A stretch of DNA of 64,000 nucleotides from Thermoanaerobaculia bacterium (GCA_963664405.1 OY761158.1:1152001-1216000); one strand, 5' to 3'. Counted from the stretch's first letter, positions 19,216 through 28,678 are shown. Notes: generated by a model not told the origin, from the letters alone. Made by a program: numbers and translations.

Positions 19216-21483
19216 CTACCTCGCCAGCGGATCCGGCCGGATCTGAAATTTCACGAATTTGGGCTTCGTTCCCTTGCCGCCTTCAGTGTGCCAAATGTAG
19301 TTGGTGCCGTAGTTCGCCCACAGCATGCGGCCCTTCCAGCCGCTGTCGGGATCGTCGATGCGGCCGTCGAGACCACGCGAGTAGAAGCCGAGCGGATAAG
19401 GCACGCGCAGAGTAGTCCACTCCTCAGTGTCGGGATTCAGCACCAGCAGACTATCGGAGTTCGACCCCGTGGCAATCGGCGTGTTGGCGCCGAAGCCCAT
19501 GATGTCGCGCTGGTCGACCCAGTTGTAATAGTGAAAGTCGGCCGGAACCTCTGTCCCCTGGAATCTCGGACCCTCGCCTCGATAGAGAGTCCAACCTTCT
19601 CGACACTGGCTGCCGTCGACTTTGCCGGGGCCGTCGAGGTCTTTGCATTTGCGCACGTCGAAGCGGGCGAGGTGCCCCGAGCCCGCGAGGGCGGTCCAAA
19701 CCACTCCATCAGTCGTGATGTCGATGCCACGCGGGTCGAAGCCGGGCTCCGGCACCTCGAAGATCTGCGTCTTGCAGGTGGAAGGTGGGTCCTCGCCTCT
19801 CATCATACGAATGATGTATCCGGGGTAGGTCTGCGAAGCCCCCCACACCGAGTCGTCGACCGGACTCGGAATCGTCGAATAGAGGCCGTAACTGACCTGC
19901 GTGTCGTATCTCGTGTCGGGCTCGGCGTGGACCTCGGGCTCGCCCCCTCTTGCCTTGCGATCTTCCGCCGCCTTCAGCTCGTCGACCGCGTAGGTGTACC
20001 CTCCTTGGCTACCGCCGGCCGGAATGTTCCATGGCTTGGTGATCACCCCGTCGCCGTTGGTGTCGACCACCAGGGGACACCAGCCCACCGCCTTCTGCTC
20101 GTCCTGGGTCTCGTCGAAGACTTTGGAGTCGACCCAGGCGAAGCCGGCTCCGCCGCCATTGAAGTACACCGTCTCGTTGGGGTCATTGTCGAACTGCAGA
20201 TGGTGGGTCCCAAAGCACGTATCGATGAGAGTGAACTTACGGCTTTTGGGATCGAAGAACGAAGCTTGGCGGCCGCCGGCTCGGGGCGTCCACCAGGCCG
20301 CGTACTTATTGGTCGGATCACTGCACCACGCCGGGGGATTTTGGCTACCGCGTATCTTTGAGGTCAGCCAGACGCGTCCCTTGCTGTCGAGCATGGGGTT
20401 GTGCGGATCGGCGGGGTTGTAAGGAGGGTTGCCCCAGAGGTGCTCGTCGCCCCAGTAGAAAGACGGTTTCCTAGGCTTCGGGAAACGCGAAGGAACCTGG
20501 TCCACAGGATCGCGCGTGGGGATGTCCCGCGTATAGCCCGCGTTCTCCTCCGGATCCAAGATCACCAACTGGCCGTGCCCGGCGCTCGCCGCGTACACGG
20601 GGCCGCCCGCATTCAGCATCGGGTTGTTCTTGTTGGTGGACACCAGATCGTGCATGAAGGTGTGATCGTCAGCCACATCCCACAGAGTCAGGACCAGGTT
20701 GCGCTCGATGCCTGCAGGCCGACTCGGCGCCGGCGGCACGGCACCCTCCGCCACCTTCCTCGTCCAGTCGGCGTACGCCCCGAGTGACGTCCGCTTACCC
20801 TGAATATTGAGCACGCTGTACATCTGATTGCCACGAACTCCCGTCTGGAGACGGTAATCCCAGGCCTCTTCGTGCGTCTTCAGCTGCGGTTGCGCTTTGA
20901 AGACGTGATCGACGTTGCGGGTCGGAGCATTGCCGATCTGATGGCAGAAATTGCAGTTCGACTTGATCGAGTTGAGCCAGTGATTCTGGCTGAGCATGCG
21001 CGTCCCGGTGCCGTTGCCGTCGTTCCCGGTGCCGGGAAAGAGGCTCTTGTCGGGCGGGGTTAGCAGCGAATACCAATGATCCCCGGGATAGATCTTCGCC
21101 GCCTCGAGCGGGGTCTTGGCCGCGTTGGCTCGCAGCGTGATCGAGCCGGTGTCGGGCTTCGCCTCGATCGGTGTCGAATCGACCAGCCCGTAGCCTCTGA
21201 CCCACACCTTGTAATTCGCGGCGGGCAGATCGGGAAGCAGGAACCGGCCATCGTCGTCGGTGACGACAATCTTGATCAGTTTGGTGGGTAGATCTTCAGT
21301 CTCGGCGATGACCCAAACGCCCGCCTCGGGGCCTTGCGCCCCGCGCACGACGCCGGTGATGAAGTCTCCGCCACCGGCCTCGCCTCTTCTTCGCTGAGCA
21401 CGAGTCGGGTCTGCGCCGACATGGGCGAGGATGAGCGCTGCGCAGAAGACGACGGTTATCAGACTGGAACGGTTCGTTGTCAC
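19216..21483 (-). CDS. Secreted protein: carboxypeptidase-regulatory-like Ig domain, CxxCH heme-c motif and Vgb-like beta-propeller
   Basis: GAGGAG SD; signal peptide; VVTDDDGRFLLPDLP..Y.VWVRGYGLVDS; CNFCH; propeller-like segments (DSKGRVW, PRGIDITTDGVVW). Confidence 0.85.
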   Translation of the reverse strand: MTTNRSSLITVVFCAALILAHVGADPTRAQRRRGEAGGGDFITGVVRGAQGPEAGVWVIAETEDLPTKLIKIVVTDDDGRFLLPDLPAANYKVWVRGYGLVDSTPIEAKPDTGSITLRANAAKTPLEAAKIYPGDHWYSLLTPPDKSLFPGTGNDGNGTGTRMLSQNHWLNSIKSNCNFCHQIGNAPTRNVDHVFKAQPQLKTHEEAWDYRLQTGVRGNQMYSVLNIQGKRTSLGAYADWTRKVAEGAVPPAPSRPAGIERNLVLTLWDVADDHTFMHDLVSTNKNNPMLNAGGPVYAASAGHGQLVILDPEENAGYTRDIPTRDPVDQVPSRFPKPRKPSFYWGDEHLWGNPPYNPADPHNPMLDSKGRVWLTSKIRGSQNPPAWCSDPTNKYAAWWTPRAGGRQASFFDPKSRKFTLIDTCFGTHHLQFDNDPNETVYFNGGGAGFAWVDSKVFDETQDEQKAVGWCPLVVDTNGDGVITKPWNIPAGGSQGGYTYAVDELKAAEDRKARGGEPEVHAEPDTRYDTQVSYGLYSTIPSPVDDSVWGASQTYPGYIIRMMRGEDPPSTCKTQIFEVPEPGFDPRGIDITTDGVVWTALAGSGHLARFDVRKCKDLDGPGKVDGSQCREGWTLYRGEGPRFQGTEVPADFHYYNWVDQRDIMGFGANTPIATGSNSDSLLVLNPDTEEWTTLRVPYPLGFYSRGLDGRIDDPDSGWKGRMLWANYGTNYIWHTEGGKGTKPKFVKFQIRPDPLAR

Positions 21484-21553
21484 GGAGTTCTCCTCATGTT
21501 ATGGGGCCGCTACGAGTGCGATTCGAACACAAACGTCGTCTTCCCCCTCGACG

Positions 21554-22354
21554 CTATCTCATCGGCGCCTCGACGAGCTCGATGCGCACGCCACCGGGGG
21601 CCTCGATAAAGGCGATCTTGGTAGTCTTGAAATCTCTCACGGCCATTGTGAACACGACGCCCTTGGCCGTGAGCTCCTCTTGAGCCGCCGGTAGATCGGG
21701 GAAGTTCCAGCCCAGATGGTCGATCGAGCGGCCCTTGGTGGCAGCCATCTCTTCACCCTTGCTGTCCTGCACGAGAAGCCAGACAGGATCGTAGCGTAGC
21801 GCCGGCAACATCCCCTTGAACTTCGTGCGCTCGCCGCCGAAGGCCGACTCGTACCAGGCGAATATCTTCTCGGGCTCGGGGCCCTTGAGATGAATGTGAT
21901 GGAGGCCGAGTGTCTCGGGATCTTCCATGACTTCGATCTTGGTGCCCCAGGGGTCCTCGACGAAGGCGAACTTGAACTTTCCCTGCACGTCGCGCACTTC
22001 GCTCGTGATCTTCACTCCGGCGGCCTCATAAGAAGCCATCTTCGCCGCCAAATCGGGAAAGGAGAAGCCGATGTGATCGACCGAGCTACCGACGCTTCCC
22101 GGAAAGCCTGCGTCCCTCTTGAACCAGAGGACCGGGATGTTGCCGTAACGGACACCCTTACTGGCGACATGCTGCGCATCGCGACGATCGAAGCTCTCGC
22201 CGCCCATGTGCTCTACGTACCAGGCAGCGGCCTCGATCGGATCGGGCGCCATCAAGTGAATGTGCCCGTAGGGTGCATCGGCGGCGAGGACCGGTGCGGC
22301 GAGAAGCAGCAGAAACGCAGCGAGCGAAAGAACTGAGCTGGGAGATTTGATGAT
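21554..22354 (-). CDS. Secreted two-domain VOC/glyoxalase-family protein (probable ATC start)
   Basis: Two VOC modules (HIHL, VDHIGF, FVEDPWGTKIEV; HHIHL, IDHLGW, FIEAPGGVRIELVE). The frame extends upstream of the ORF-track start at 22255 through a signal peptide to ATC at 22354. Confidence 0.85.
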   Translation of the reverse strand: MIKSPSSVLSLAAFLLLLAAPVLAADAPYGHIHLMAPDPIEAAAWYVEHMGGESFDRRDAQHVASKGVRYGNIPVLWFKRDAGFPGSVGSSVDHIGFSFPDLAAKMASYEAAGVKITSEVRDVQGKFKFAFVEDPWGTKIEVMEDPETLGLHHIHLKGPEPEKIFAWYESAFGGERTKFKGMLPALRYDPVWLLVQDSKGEEMAATKGRSIDHLGWNFPDLPAAQEELTAKGVVFTMAVRDFKTTKIAFIEAPGGVRIELVEAPMR

Positions 22355-22398
22355 GGCCGAATGGCCCCTTTCTGAAGAGACGGGGTTTGAAACGCCTA

Positions 22399-24627
22399 TT
22401 ATTGCCGTTGTAGAGATGCTTTGGTCACGATACGCAACTGGTCTGCATCTTGGTGGCCATCGGCGGCGACGCCGCCGGCCTCGAGGTCGATCGTGATCGA
22501 CCTGCCGCCGTCGAGGATCTTCCAGCTGTCGTGGCCTTCAAGGGCTCGTCCGGCGCCGCTTCGCTCCTGCACTTCACCGAAATCGGGATCGGCGAAGGCG
22601 AGGAAGTCGCTGCCCTGGAGATTCTGCCCAGCGCCCGATACGCCCAGGATCGGATCTTTGAACGTGATCGTCGTGCCCGAGAGCTTGGTCGCAACCTCAG
22701 GATTGAAGTGCAAGAGGTAGCTGTGAACGACCGTGCCCGCCGGGATCGCCGCTCCCGGAGGAGGCTTGTTGGTGTCGTAGGCGACCGGAATGCCGTCGCT
22801 GTCGACCCCGAGATCTTCTTCGAGGGTCAAGAACTGCCGCTCGACCACCAGTTCCGGCCGGTCGGCGGCGGTGAGGCGGCTCGCCGATAGATCGTCGGGA
22901 ACGGTCTCGTCGTCGGTGTCGCCGAGAATGTCTACGCCCTCCGCGGCCGCGATGCGGGTGTCGTAATCGGCACCGTCGCGACTGGCGGCGGACTCGACCT
23001 CGAACCAGACGGTGATGTCCTCCAGCAGCGACGCGAAGAGCTTCTGGACCTCCGCCGGCTTCGAGGCGATGTCGGCGCTGGTGGCGACCGGGGTCGGCTC
23101 CCGCGGATCTTCGATCAGATCGTAAAGCTCCCACTCTCTGCCGCTGGTTTCCGAGATCAGCTTGTAGCGCTCGTCGATGATCGAGCGTTCGCCGCCGACC
23201 CTCTGCACCATTCCGCGCCCTCCCGCAGGCCGGCTGTCGCAGTCGCGGGGCTCGTCGGGGCCGCGGTTGGTCGTCGAGTCACCGCAGTCTGCCCACTCGA
23301 TACGGTGGGAGCGCTTCGCCGAGCGATCACCGAAGAGCACCTCGGTCATCGACTCGCCGTCGAGCGGCCGGGCGTCGGGCATCTCCACTCCCCAGATATC
23401 CAACAACGTCGGCAGGTAATCGCTCGTGATCATCGGAGTATGAGTCTCCCCCGGGGCGATCTGTCCCGGCCACTCGATGATGCCAGGCACCCGGACCCCA
23501 CCCTCCCAGAGCTCGCCCTTGTGCCCACGTAGGCGCCCTGTGCCCTCGCTAGGATCGTCGACTCTCACCGATCCCGACATACCGTTGTCCGAAGTGAAAG
23601 CCACGAGAGTATCTCCTTCGATACCGCGACTGCGCAGCTGCGAGCGCAGACGACCGATCTCCTGGTCCATCGCGGTGATGCCGGAGTAGTACGGCGCCTC
23701 GTAGTCATTCATCTCGTCGCGTTCCTCCGCTGTATAGAACTCGTCCAGGGTCGCCGGGTGGAGACGATGTGGCGTGTGCGGAGGGTGGAACCAGATGACG
23801 GCGAAGAAGGGCCGGTCGGCTGCCGTGGCCTCGTCGATGAATTGCAGAGTCTCCCGAACCAGGATCGCCGAGGAGTCGCCCCGTAGCTCTTCCGAATCGA
23901 TGTCGACGTACTCCCCGTGGCCGGTCCAGTAGGGCGCGCCGTGAAAGTTGCCCTCGCTGGGCAGAGGGCCCGCCGGATCTCTGCGCATCGGCTCGAAGGT
24001 CGGCAGCGCCTGCGGCGACGCGAAGCTGCGATCGTAGCCGTGGTGCCACGGCGCCGAATAGAACTCGCCGCCGTTCAGACCTTGGCATCGACCATCGGGG
24101 CAGTGGTCCATCTCGGCACCGCTGCCTCTGGGTGCCCTCTCGAGATCGCCGAGGTGCCACTTGCCGAAGTGCCCGGTCATGTAGCCCTGGGTCTTGGCGA
24201 GCTCCGCGATGGTGAGCTCGAGGTTGCGCAGGAGTCCGTTGTAGGCCCAGTCGATGCCGGTTCGACGTGGCGCGCGGCCGATGACGAATGAGGCCCGCGT
24301 CGGGCTGCACACCGAGCCGCCGGAGTACATGCGATGAAACTGCAGCCCCTCCGCCGCCATCGCCCGAAGGTTGGGCGTTTTGACTTCGGAGTGGCCCGGG
24401 TAGACATCACCGGGAGCGCGCTGCTGGGGGTACTCGACGTCGCCCCACCCCTGATCGTCGCTCATCATCAGAATGACGTTGGGCCGCGACGGCCGCGAGG
24501 GCACCGGCGGCGACTGCGACGTCGCTTCCTCGGCCGGCGGAGCGGCACAGCTCATGACCACGAGGCCGATGATGAAGATCGTCAGCCGCCACACGAATGG
24601 AGTCTCTAGGTGCAGCTTCTTTAGCAC
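22399..24627 (-). CDS. Lipoprotein sulfatase with an extra C-terminal beta domain
   Basis: GGAGGA SD and GTG start; lipobox-like VVMSC; PNVILMMSDDQG; CSPTR; GKWHLG; SDNG; ~180-aa C-terminal extension. Confidence 0.9.
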   Translation of the reverse strand: MLKKLHLETPFVWRLTIFIIGLVVMSCAAPPAEEATSQSPPVPSRPSRPNVILMMSDDQGWGDVEYPQQRAPGDVYPGHSEVKTPNLRAMAAEGLQFHRMYSGGSVCSPTRASFVIGRAPRRTGIDWAYNGLLRNLELTIAELAKTQGYMTGHFGKWHLGDLERAPRGSGAEMDHCPDGRCQGLNGGEFYSAPWHHGYDRSFASPQALPTFEPMRRDPAGPLPSEGNFHGAPYWTGHGEYVDIDSEELRGDSSAILVRETLQFIDEATAADRPFFAVIWFHPPHTPHRLHPATLDEFYTAEERDEMNDYEAPYYSGITAMDQEIGRLRSQLRSRGIEGDTLVAFTSDNGMSGSVRVDDPSEGTGRLRGHKGELWEGGVRVPGIIEWPGQIAPGETHTPMITSDYLPTLLDIWGVEMPDARPLDGESMTEVLFGDRSAKRSHRIEWADCGDSTTNRGPDEPRDCDSRPAGGRGMVQRVGGERSIIDERYKLISETSGREWELYDLIEDPREPTPVATSADIASKPAEVQKLFASLLEDITVWFEVESAASRDGADYDTRIAAAEGVDILGDTDDETVPDDLSASRLTAADRPELVVERQFLTLEEDLGVDSDGIPVAYDTNKPPPGAAIPAGTVVHSYLLHFNPEVATKLSGTTITFKDPILGVSGAGQNLQGSDFLAFADPDFGEVQERSGAGRALEGHDSWKILDGGRSITIDLEAGGVAADGHQDADQLRIVTKASLQRQ

Positions 24628-24801
24628 TTCACAATCCTCCGGTCAGTCGACCAGGCCCGCCGGCAGATACGCTCCCGGGGGCGACAGATTCTCGCGATGC
24701 AATAATGAGTACATTGAGTATTGTCACGAAGGGCCCAAGGTGTGACGGATCGCGAGGAGTGTGCCGCTTGGCTATCGACGGGTCACCAGCTTGTCAGTTG
24801 C

Positions 24802-25848
24802 CTAAAGGCGCGAATGCCAAGGACTACCCTCTTTCGGATACGGGTACTGCAAGTAGTACTCTGACTTCATCTTGATCAGGTCATTGGCCACTTCGAACGC
24901 CTCGGCGACGGGCTCTGGCAGTGGACCTTTCTTGGACGCGAGCATGATCGGATAGAGTTGTTCGATGCGTGATACACCGATGAGAATCGCGTCACCCAAG
25001 GATGCATCGACGGCCGAGTGATGCTGGGTCCACCTGACGGCAGCCTCTAGGAGGCTCGTGATCCCAGAGGAGCTCGCTGCCTCACCGATCACCTCCAGAG
25101 CGGCAAACATCTCATCCCGATTCAAGTAGCGCTCTTCATACTGTTTGATGCGCCTCTTCTGAGCGAAACGGTCGACCCCTCTCACCGGGGCGACGCCCTT
25201 CCTGTACTTCCCGGTAAGGAAACCGCTCGCCAGTGAGCCGTGCGTGTAGTACTTGAGGCCATAGTTTCGCAGCACGGGGACGAGCTCGTACTCCGCGCTG
25301 CGGTTGAGAGCGTTGTACACGCCTTGATAAACCGTGGGCAGAACGTATCCCTGTCGTTTGCAGAACTGACAGATCTCGACGACCTGCCATGCAGGGAAAT
25401 TGGAGAGGCCGAACTCTTCAAACTTGCCGGCTTTGTAACAAGCGTCGACCTCGCCCAGCGTGTCTTCCAGGATGATGTCGGTCGCAGGCATGTGGATGTA
25501 GAAGATCGGGACAGACTCTTGCCCAAGAGCCGCCAACGACTGATCCAACTGAACGATGGGTCCACCAGGGAGCTTGGGATGGTACTTGGTGGCGATGCGC
25601 AGCTTCTGTGCCGTTGGAATTCGACCCAGAACTTTTTCGCAGTTCCCGTTCTGGTAGACCCTCGCGGTATCGAGCTCCCTACCACCCTGGTCAACAAATG
25701 CGCGCAGCAAGTCTTCACACGCGGCATCGGTAGAGAGAGGGTGGTCCCTCGTCGTTTCTTTGGGCTTGCCAAATGCGACGGCACCCAAGACCACCGGCGC
25801 CGCACTCGATCTCGTGACCGTGTTCGTCATGGCGCTAGGGTACTCCAT
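24802..25848 (-). CDS. Aldo/keto reductase, aflatoxin-aldehyde-reductase (AKR7)-like
   Basis: ELDTARVY, IATK, FYIH, FGLSNF, PTVYQGVYN, GFLTGKY, HHS...GDAILIG. Confidence 0.9.
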   Translation of the reverse strand: MEYPSAMTNTVTRSSAAPVVLGAVAFGKPKETTRDHPLSTDAACEDLLRAFVDQGGRELDTARVYQNGNCEKVLGRIPTAQKLRIATKYHPKLPGGPIVQLDQSLAALGQESVPIFYIHMPATDIILEDTLGEVDACYKAGKFEEFGLSNFPAWQVVEICQFCKRQGYVLPTVYQGVYNALNRSAEYELVPVLRNYGLKYYTHGSLASGFLTGKYRKGVAPVRGVDRFAQKRRIKQYEERYLNRDEMFAALEVIGEAASSSGITSLLEAAVRWTQHHSAVDASLGDAILIGVSRIEQLYPIMLASKKGPLPEPVAEAFEVANDLIKMKSEYYLQYPYPKEGSPWHSRL

Positions 25849-26061
25849 CGCGCGCAGCGATCCCGCTCAGCCTCGGTCGAGAAAGTAGAAACCCAACTGC
25901 GGCCGCTCGCCTCGGCTGGCACAGGTGTCGATAACGAGCTCGTACTCTCACGCCACGAGTATCGGTTCCACAACCAGACCCGACAGGAGAGCGCCGCCAC
26001 CTGGACGCGTTGCCGTCTAGTGAGGCTCTACAAAACTGACGAATCGAAAGTCACACTTCGT

Positions 26062-26628
26062 TCAATCGTGCGGAGCCGTCGGCGGATCGAGCCCATTCAA
26101 ACGCAGGTAAACGGTCATCCTGCCGTAATGATGCGAGATGTGGGCCGTGTTCTGCCACAGCAGACCTACGCGGGTATTCAAAGGGCCACGCCCCCCGGGG
26201 AAGAAGTCATTAGCGTTGGCGCCATCGAGCGCACCGTAGGCCTCTTCACACGCGGCACGCCCACGCTCGAGCGCGGCCAGGAGCTCGGTCTTCGAGGCAT
26301 TTCCCGCGATTCTCGACGGTCGCTCTTTGCCCATCAGCATCGTACACATCCCTATTGCCGAGTCGGCGGCATGAGCCACCACGTCGCGGAAGCTCTGCCC
26401 CTCCGGCGTCGGCTTCGAGTGGTAGTGCTCCTCCGGCATGAGGCCGGCAGTGGTGATGATGTGGTTCATAGCGAAGTGCCATCTCATGCGGGCGTGGTCG
26501 AGGGCGCTCAGCGCGTCGCCCCGAGCCTGGCTGGCTTTCGACGCCGCTTTGACTTCCGCTACTCGGTTCGACTGCGCGAGCGCGGGAAGCGTCCCCAGCA
26601 GTACCAGCGCCACGAATAAATTCCGCAT
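26062..26628 (-). CDS. Secreted DinB-family protein
   Basis: Signal peptide; MPEEHYHSKPTPEGQSF..VVAH; H.xxHYG..VYLRL.G..PP. Confidence 0.85.
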   Translation of the reverse strand: MRNLFVALVLLGTLPALAQSNRVAEVKAASKASQARGDALSALDHARMRWHFAMNHIITTAGLMPEEHYHSKPTPEGQSFRDVVAHAADSAIGMCTMLMGKERPSRIAGNASKTELLAALERGRAACEEAYGALDGANANDFFPGGRGPLNTRVGLLWQNTAHISHHYGRMTVYLRLNGLDPPTAPHD

Positions 26629-26676
26629 CTTCTTTCTCCTCCCTGGTCTAACTAGGGTCGAGCTCTAATTTTGATC

Positions 26677-26910
26677 ATGCCACAGCTGCACGTCTATGTA
26701 CCCGACTCACTTGCCAAAGAGGCTCGTCGACTTGCCGAAGCGGAGGGGTTGAGCGTTTCGAGCTACCTGGCTCGACTTCTGGCTCGAGAGCTGGGGCCAG
26801 GTTGGCCGGAGGGATACTTCGAGCGAGTCGTTGGGGCGTGGAAAGGCGACGCGCTCGAGCGCGCGCCACAGGGGAAATTCGAAGATCGAGAGTCCCTACG
26901 CGAGGGCTGA
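26677..26910 (+). CDS. Type II antitoxin (RHH, VapB-like)
   Basis: MPQLHVYVPD..A.AEGLSVSSYLARLL RHH pattern; lies directly upstream of a PIN-domain remnant. Confidence 0.75.
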   Translation: MPQLHVYVPDSLAKEARRLAEAEGLSVSSYLARLLARELGPGWPEGYFERVVGAWKGDALERAPQGKFEDRESLREG

Positions 26911-26918
26911 GGGCTTCG

Positions 26919-27077
26919 ATGAAGTTTCTTCTCGACACCAACGCCTGCATCACCCTCCTCAATGGGGCCTCGCAGAGTTTGGTAGAGAGGGTGCGGGAGC
27001 ATCATCCAGTCCTCACAGCCAACCTTCGGGAGTTCCGGAGAGTCGTGGCTCTTCGTGTGGAAAACTGGCAGAGTTGA
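26919..27077 (+). pseudogene. vapC: VapC PIN toxin with a large in-frame internal deletion (52 aa)
   Basis: N-terminus MKFLLDTNACI joined directly to the C-terminus VLTANLREFRRV..LRVENW; the central part of a ~130-aa PIN domain is missing. Confidence 0.85.
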
Positions 27078-27126
27078 CCTTCTGTTCGGCCGTGAGGCCT
27101 CGAATCGGGACAGGAGGGAGAAGCAG

Positions 27127-28653
27127 ATGATAACGAAGAAGTGGATCTTGCTCGTCTCCGTCTGTTTCGCCACCGTCGTAGCGGGGACTAGCGGAGCGGC
27201 CGCCCAAGACAAGCCGCCAAACATCGTCATCCTCCTGGTCGACGATCTCGGCTGGCGCGACGTCAGCTTCAACGGCGGGGTGATCGCCACTCCCAATATC
27301 GACAGGATTGCCGACGAAGGCGTGCGTCTCAATCGTTTCTATGTCGCTCCGGTCTGCGGTCCGACGCGGGCGGGGCTGATGACCGGCCGCTATCCCATCC
27401 GCTACGGGATGATGCGGGGGGTGGTCATGGGATACCACGACTTCGGTCTCGACCCCGAGGCGACGATCATTCCTCAGGTGCTGGCAACGGCCGGATACGA
27501 GCAGCGCGGGATCTTCGGCAAGTGGCACCTCGGCGAGTCTCGGGCAGCCTACCGCCCGATGCAACGCGGCTTCACCCACTTTATCGGCCACGTCGGCTCC
27601 CATATCGATTACTTCACTCACGAGGTCTTCGGCGAGGTCGATTGGTTTCACGGCAACGAATCCAAGGATGAGCCTGGTTACAGCACCGACCTCATCGCTG
27701 ACCACGCGGTGCAATTCCTGGAAGATCACGCGGGAGGCGATGCGCCTTTCTTTCTCTACGTTCCCTTCAACGCACCGCACTCGCCCTACCAGGCCAAGAG
27801 TGTGGATCTGCCTCGCTACGGCGATCTCGAAGGGATCTCGATCGAAACGGAGCTCGGTCCGGACATCCCTCCGGACAAGTACGAATGGATCGGCGGCCAT
27901 GCATCGAGACGAGAGCGATTTGAAGATCCCGCAGGCATGTTGAATAACAGACGCATCACCGGCGCCATGATCCATGCCCTCGACCAGGGCATCCGTCGCA
28001 TCCTCGACACCTTAGAGGAGTCGGGAGTCGACGAGAACACCTTGGTCTGGTTCATGAGCGACAACGGCGGAGCTTCTCTAGCCGCGGACAACCGACCCTT
28101 TCGCGGCGCCAAGGGCTCGGTCTTCGAGGGCGGGATCCGAGTGGCGGCGGCCGCGCGCTGGCCGGCCGGAGGGGTGGCGGGAGGCAAGGCCGTAGACGCC
28201 GCCTTGAACTATCTCGACGTGCTGCCGACCTTGATGACGGTGGCGGGTCTGGATGAGGGGCCTGAGCTCGCTCTCGATGGAATGAATGTACTGCCGGCTC
28301 TCAAGGGGGAGCCCTTTCCGGTAGAGCGCGAGTACTACTCCTACTGCGGTCAGCTCGACGAAAACCGCGAGCATGTGACCGCCATGGACGGAGACTGGAA
28401 GTTGATCGTCATCGGTCCGCCGTTGACCGAGCGTAGAGTCTTCGGGCGATCCGAGCTCTTTCTCTTCGATCTGGCGAAAGACCCGGGGGAACGCGACAAT
28501 TTGGTCAAACAGCACCCCGAGATCGTGGCGCGACTGTCCGATCAGGCCCTCGCTTTCCGAGCCCTACAGCCGGAGAAGCCTGTTCCGCTGTTCGCGACTG
28601 ACCGAGAGGGGTTTGTGGCGCCCCACCGCTGGGAGCTGCCCCGAGCTCGCTAG
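27127..28653 (+). CDS. Secreted arylsulfatase
   Basis: AGGAGG SD; signal peptide; PPNIVILLVDDLG; CGPTR; GKWHLG; SDNGG. Confidence 0.94.
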   Translation: MITKKWILLVSVCFATVVAGTSGAAAQDKPPNIVILLVDDLGWRDVSFNGGVIATPNIDRIADEGVRLNRFYVAPVCGPTRAGLMTGRYPIRYGMMRGVVMGYHDFGLDPEATIIPQVLATAGYEQRGIFGKWHLGESRAAYRPMQRGFTHFIGHVGSHIDYFTHEVFGEVDWFHGNESKDEPGYSTDLIADHAVQFLEDHAGGDAPFFLYVPFNAPHSPYQAKSVDLPRYGDLEGISIETELGPDIPPDKYEWIGGHASRRERFEDPAGMLNNRRITGAMIHALDQGIRRILDTLEESGVDENTLVWFMSDNGGASLAADNRPFRGAKGSVFEGGIRVAAAARWPAGGVAGGKAVDAALNYLDVLPTLMTVAGLDEGPELALDGMNVLPALKGEPFPVEREYYSYCGQLDENREHVTAMDGDWKLIVIGPPLTERRVFGRSELFLFDLAKDPGERDNLVKQHPEIVARLSDQALAFRALQPEKPVPLFATDREGFVAPHRWELPRAR

Positions 28654-28678
28654 CCCTGTTGCTGTCGGGCGAACCTCC

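Noticed and set aside
26036-26060. Hammerhead-like CTGACGA...GAAA
   Set aside because: Only 3 nt separate the motifs, so stem II cannot form.
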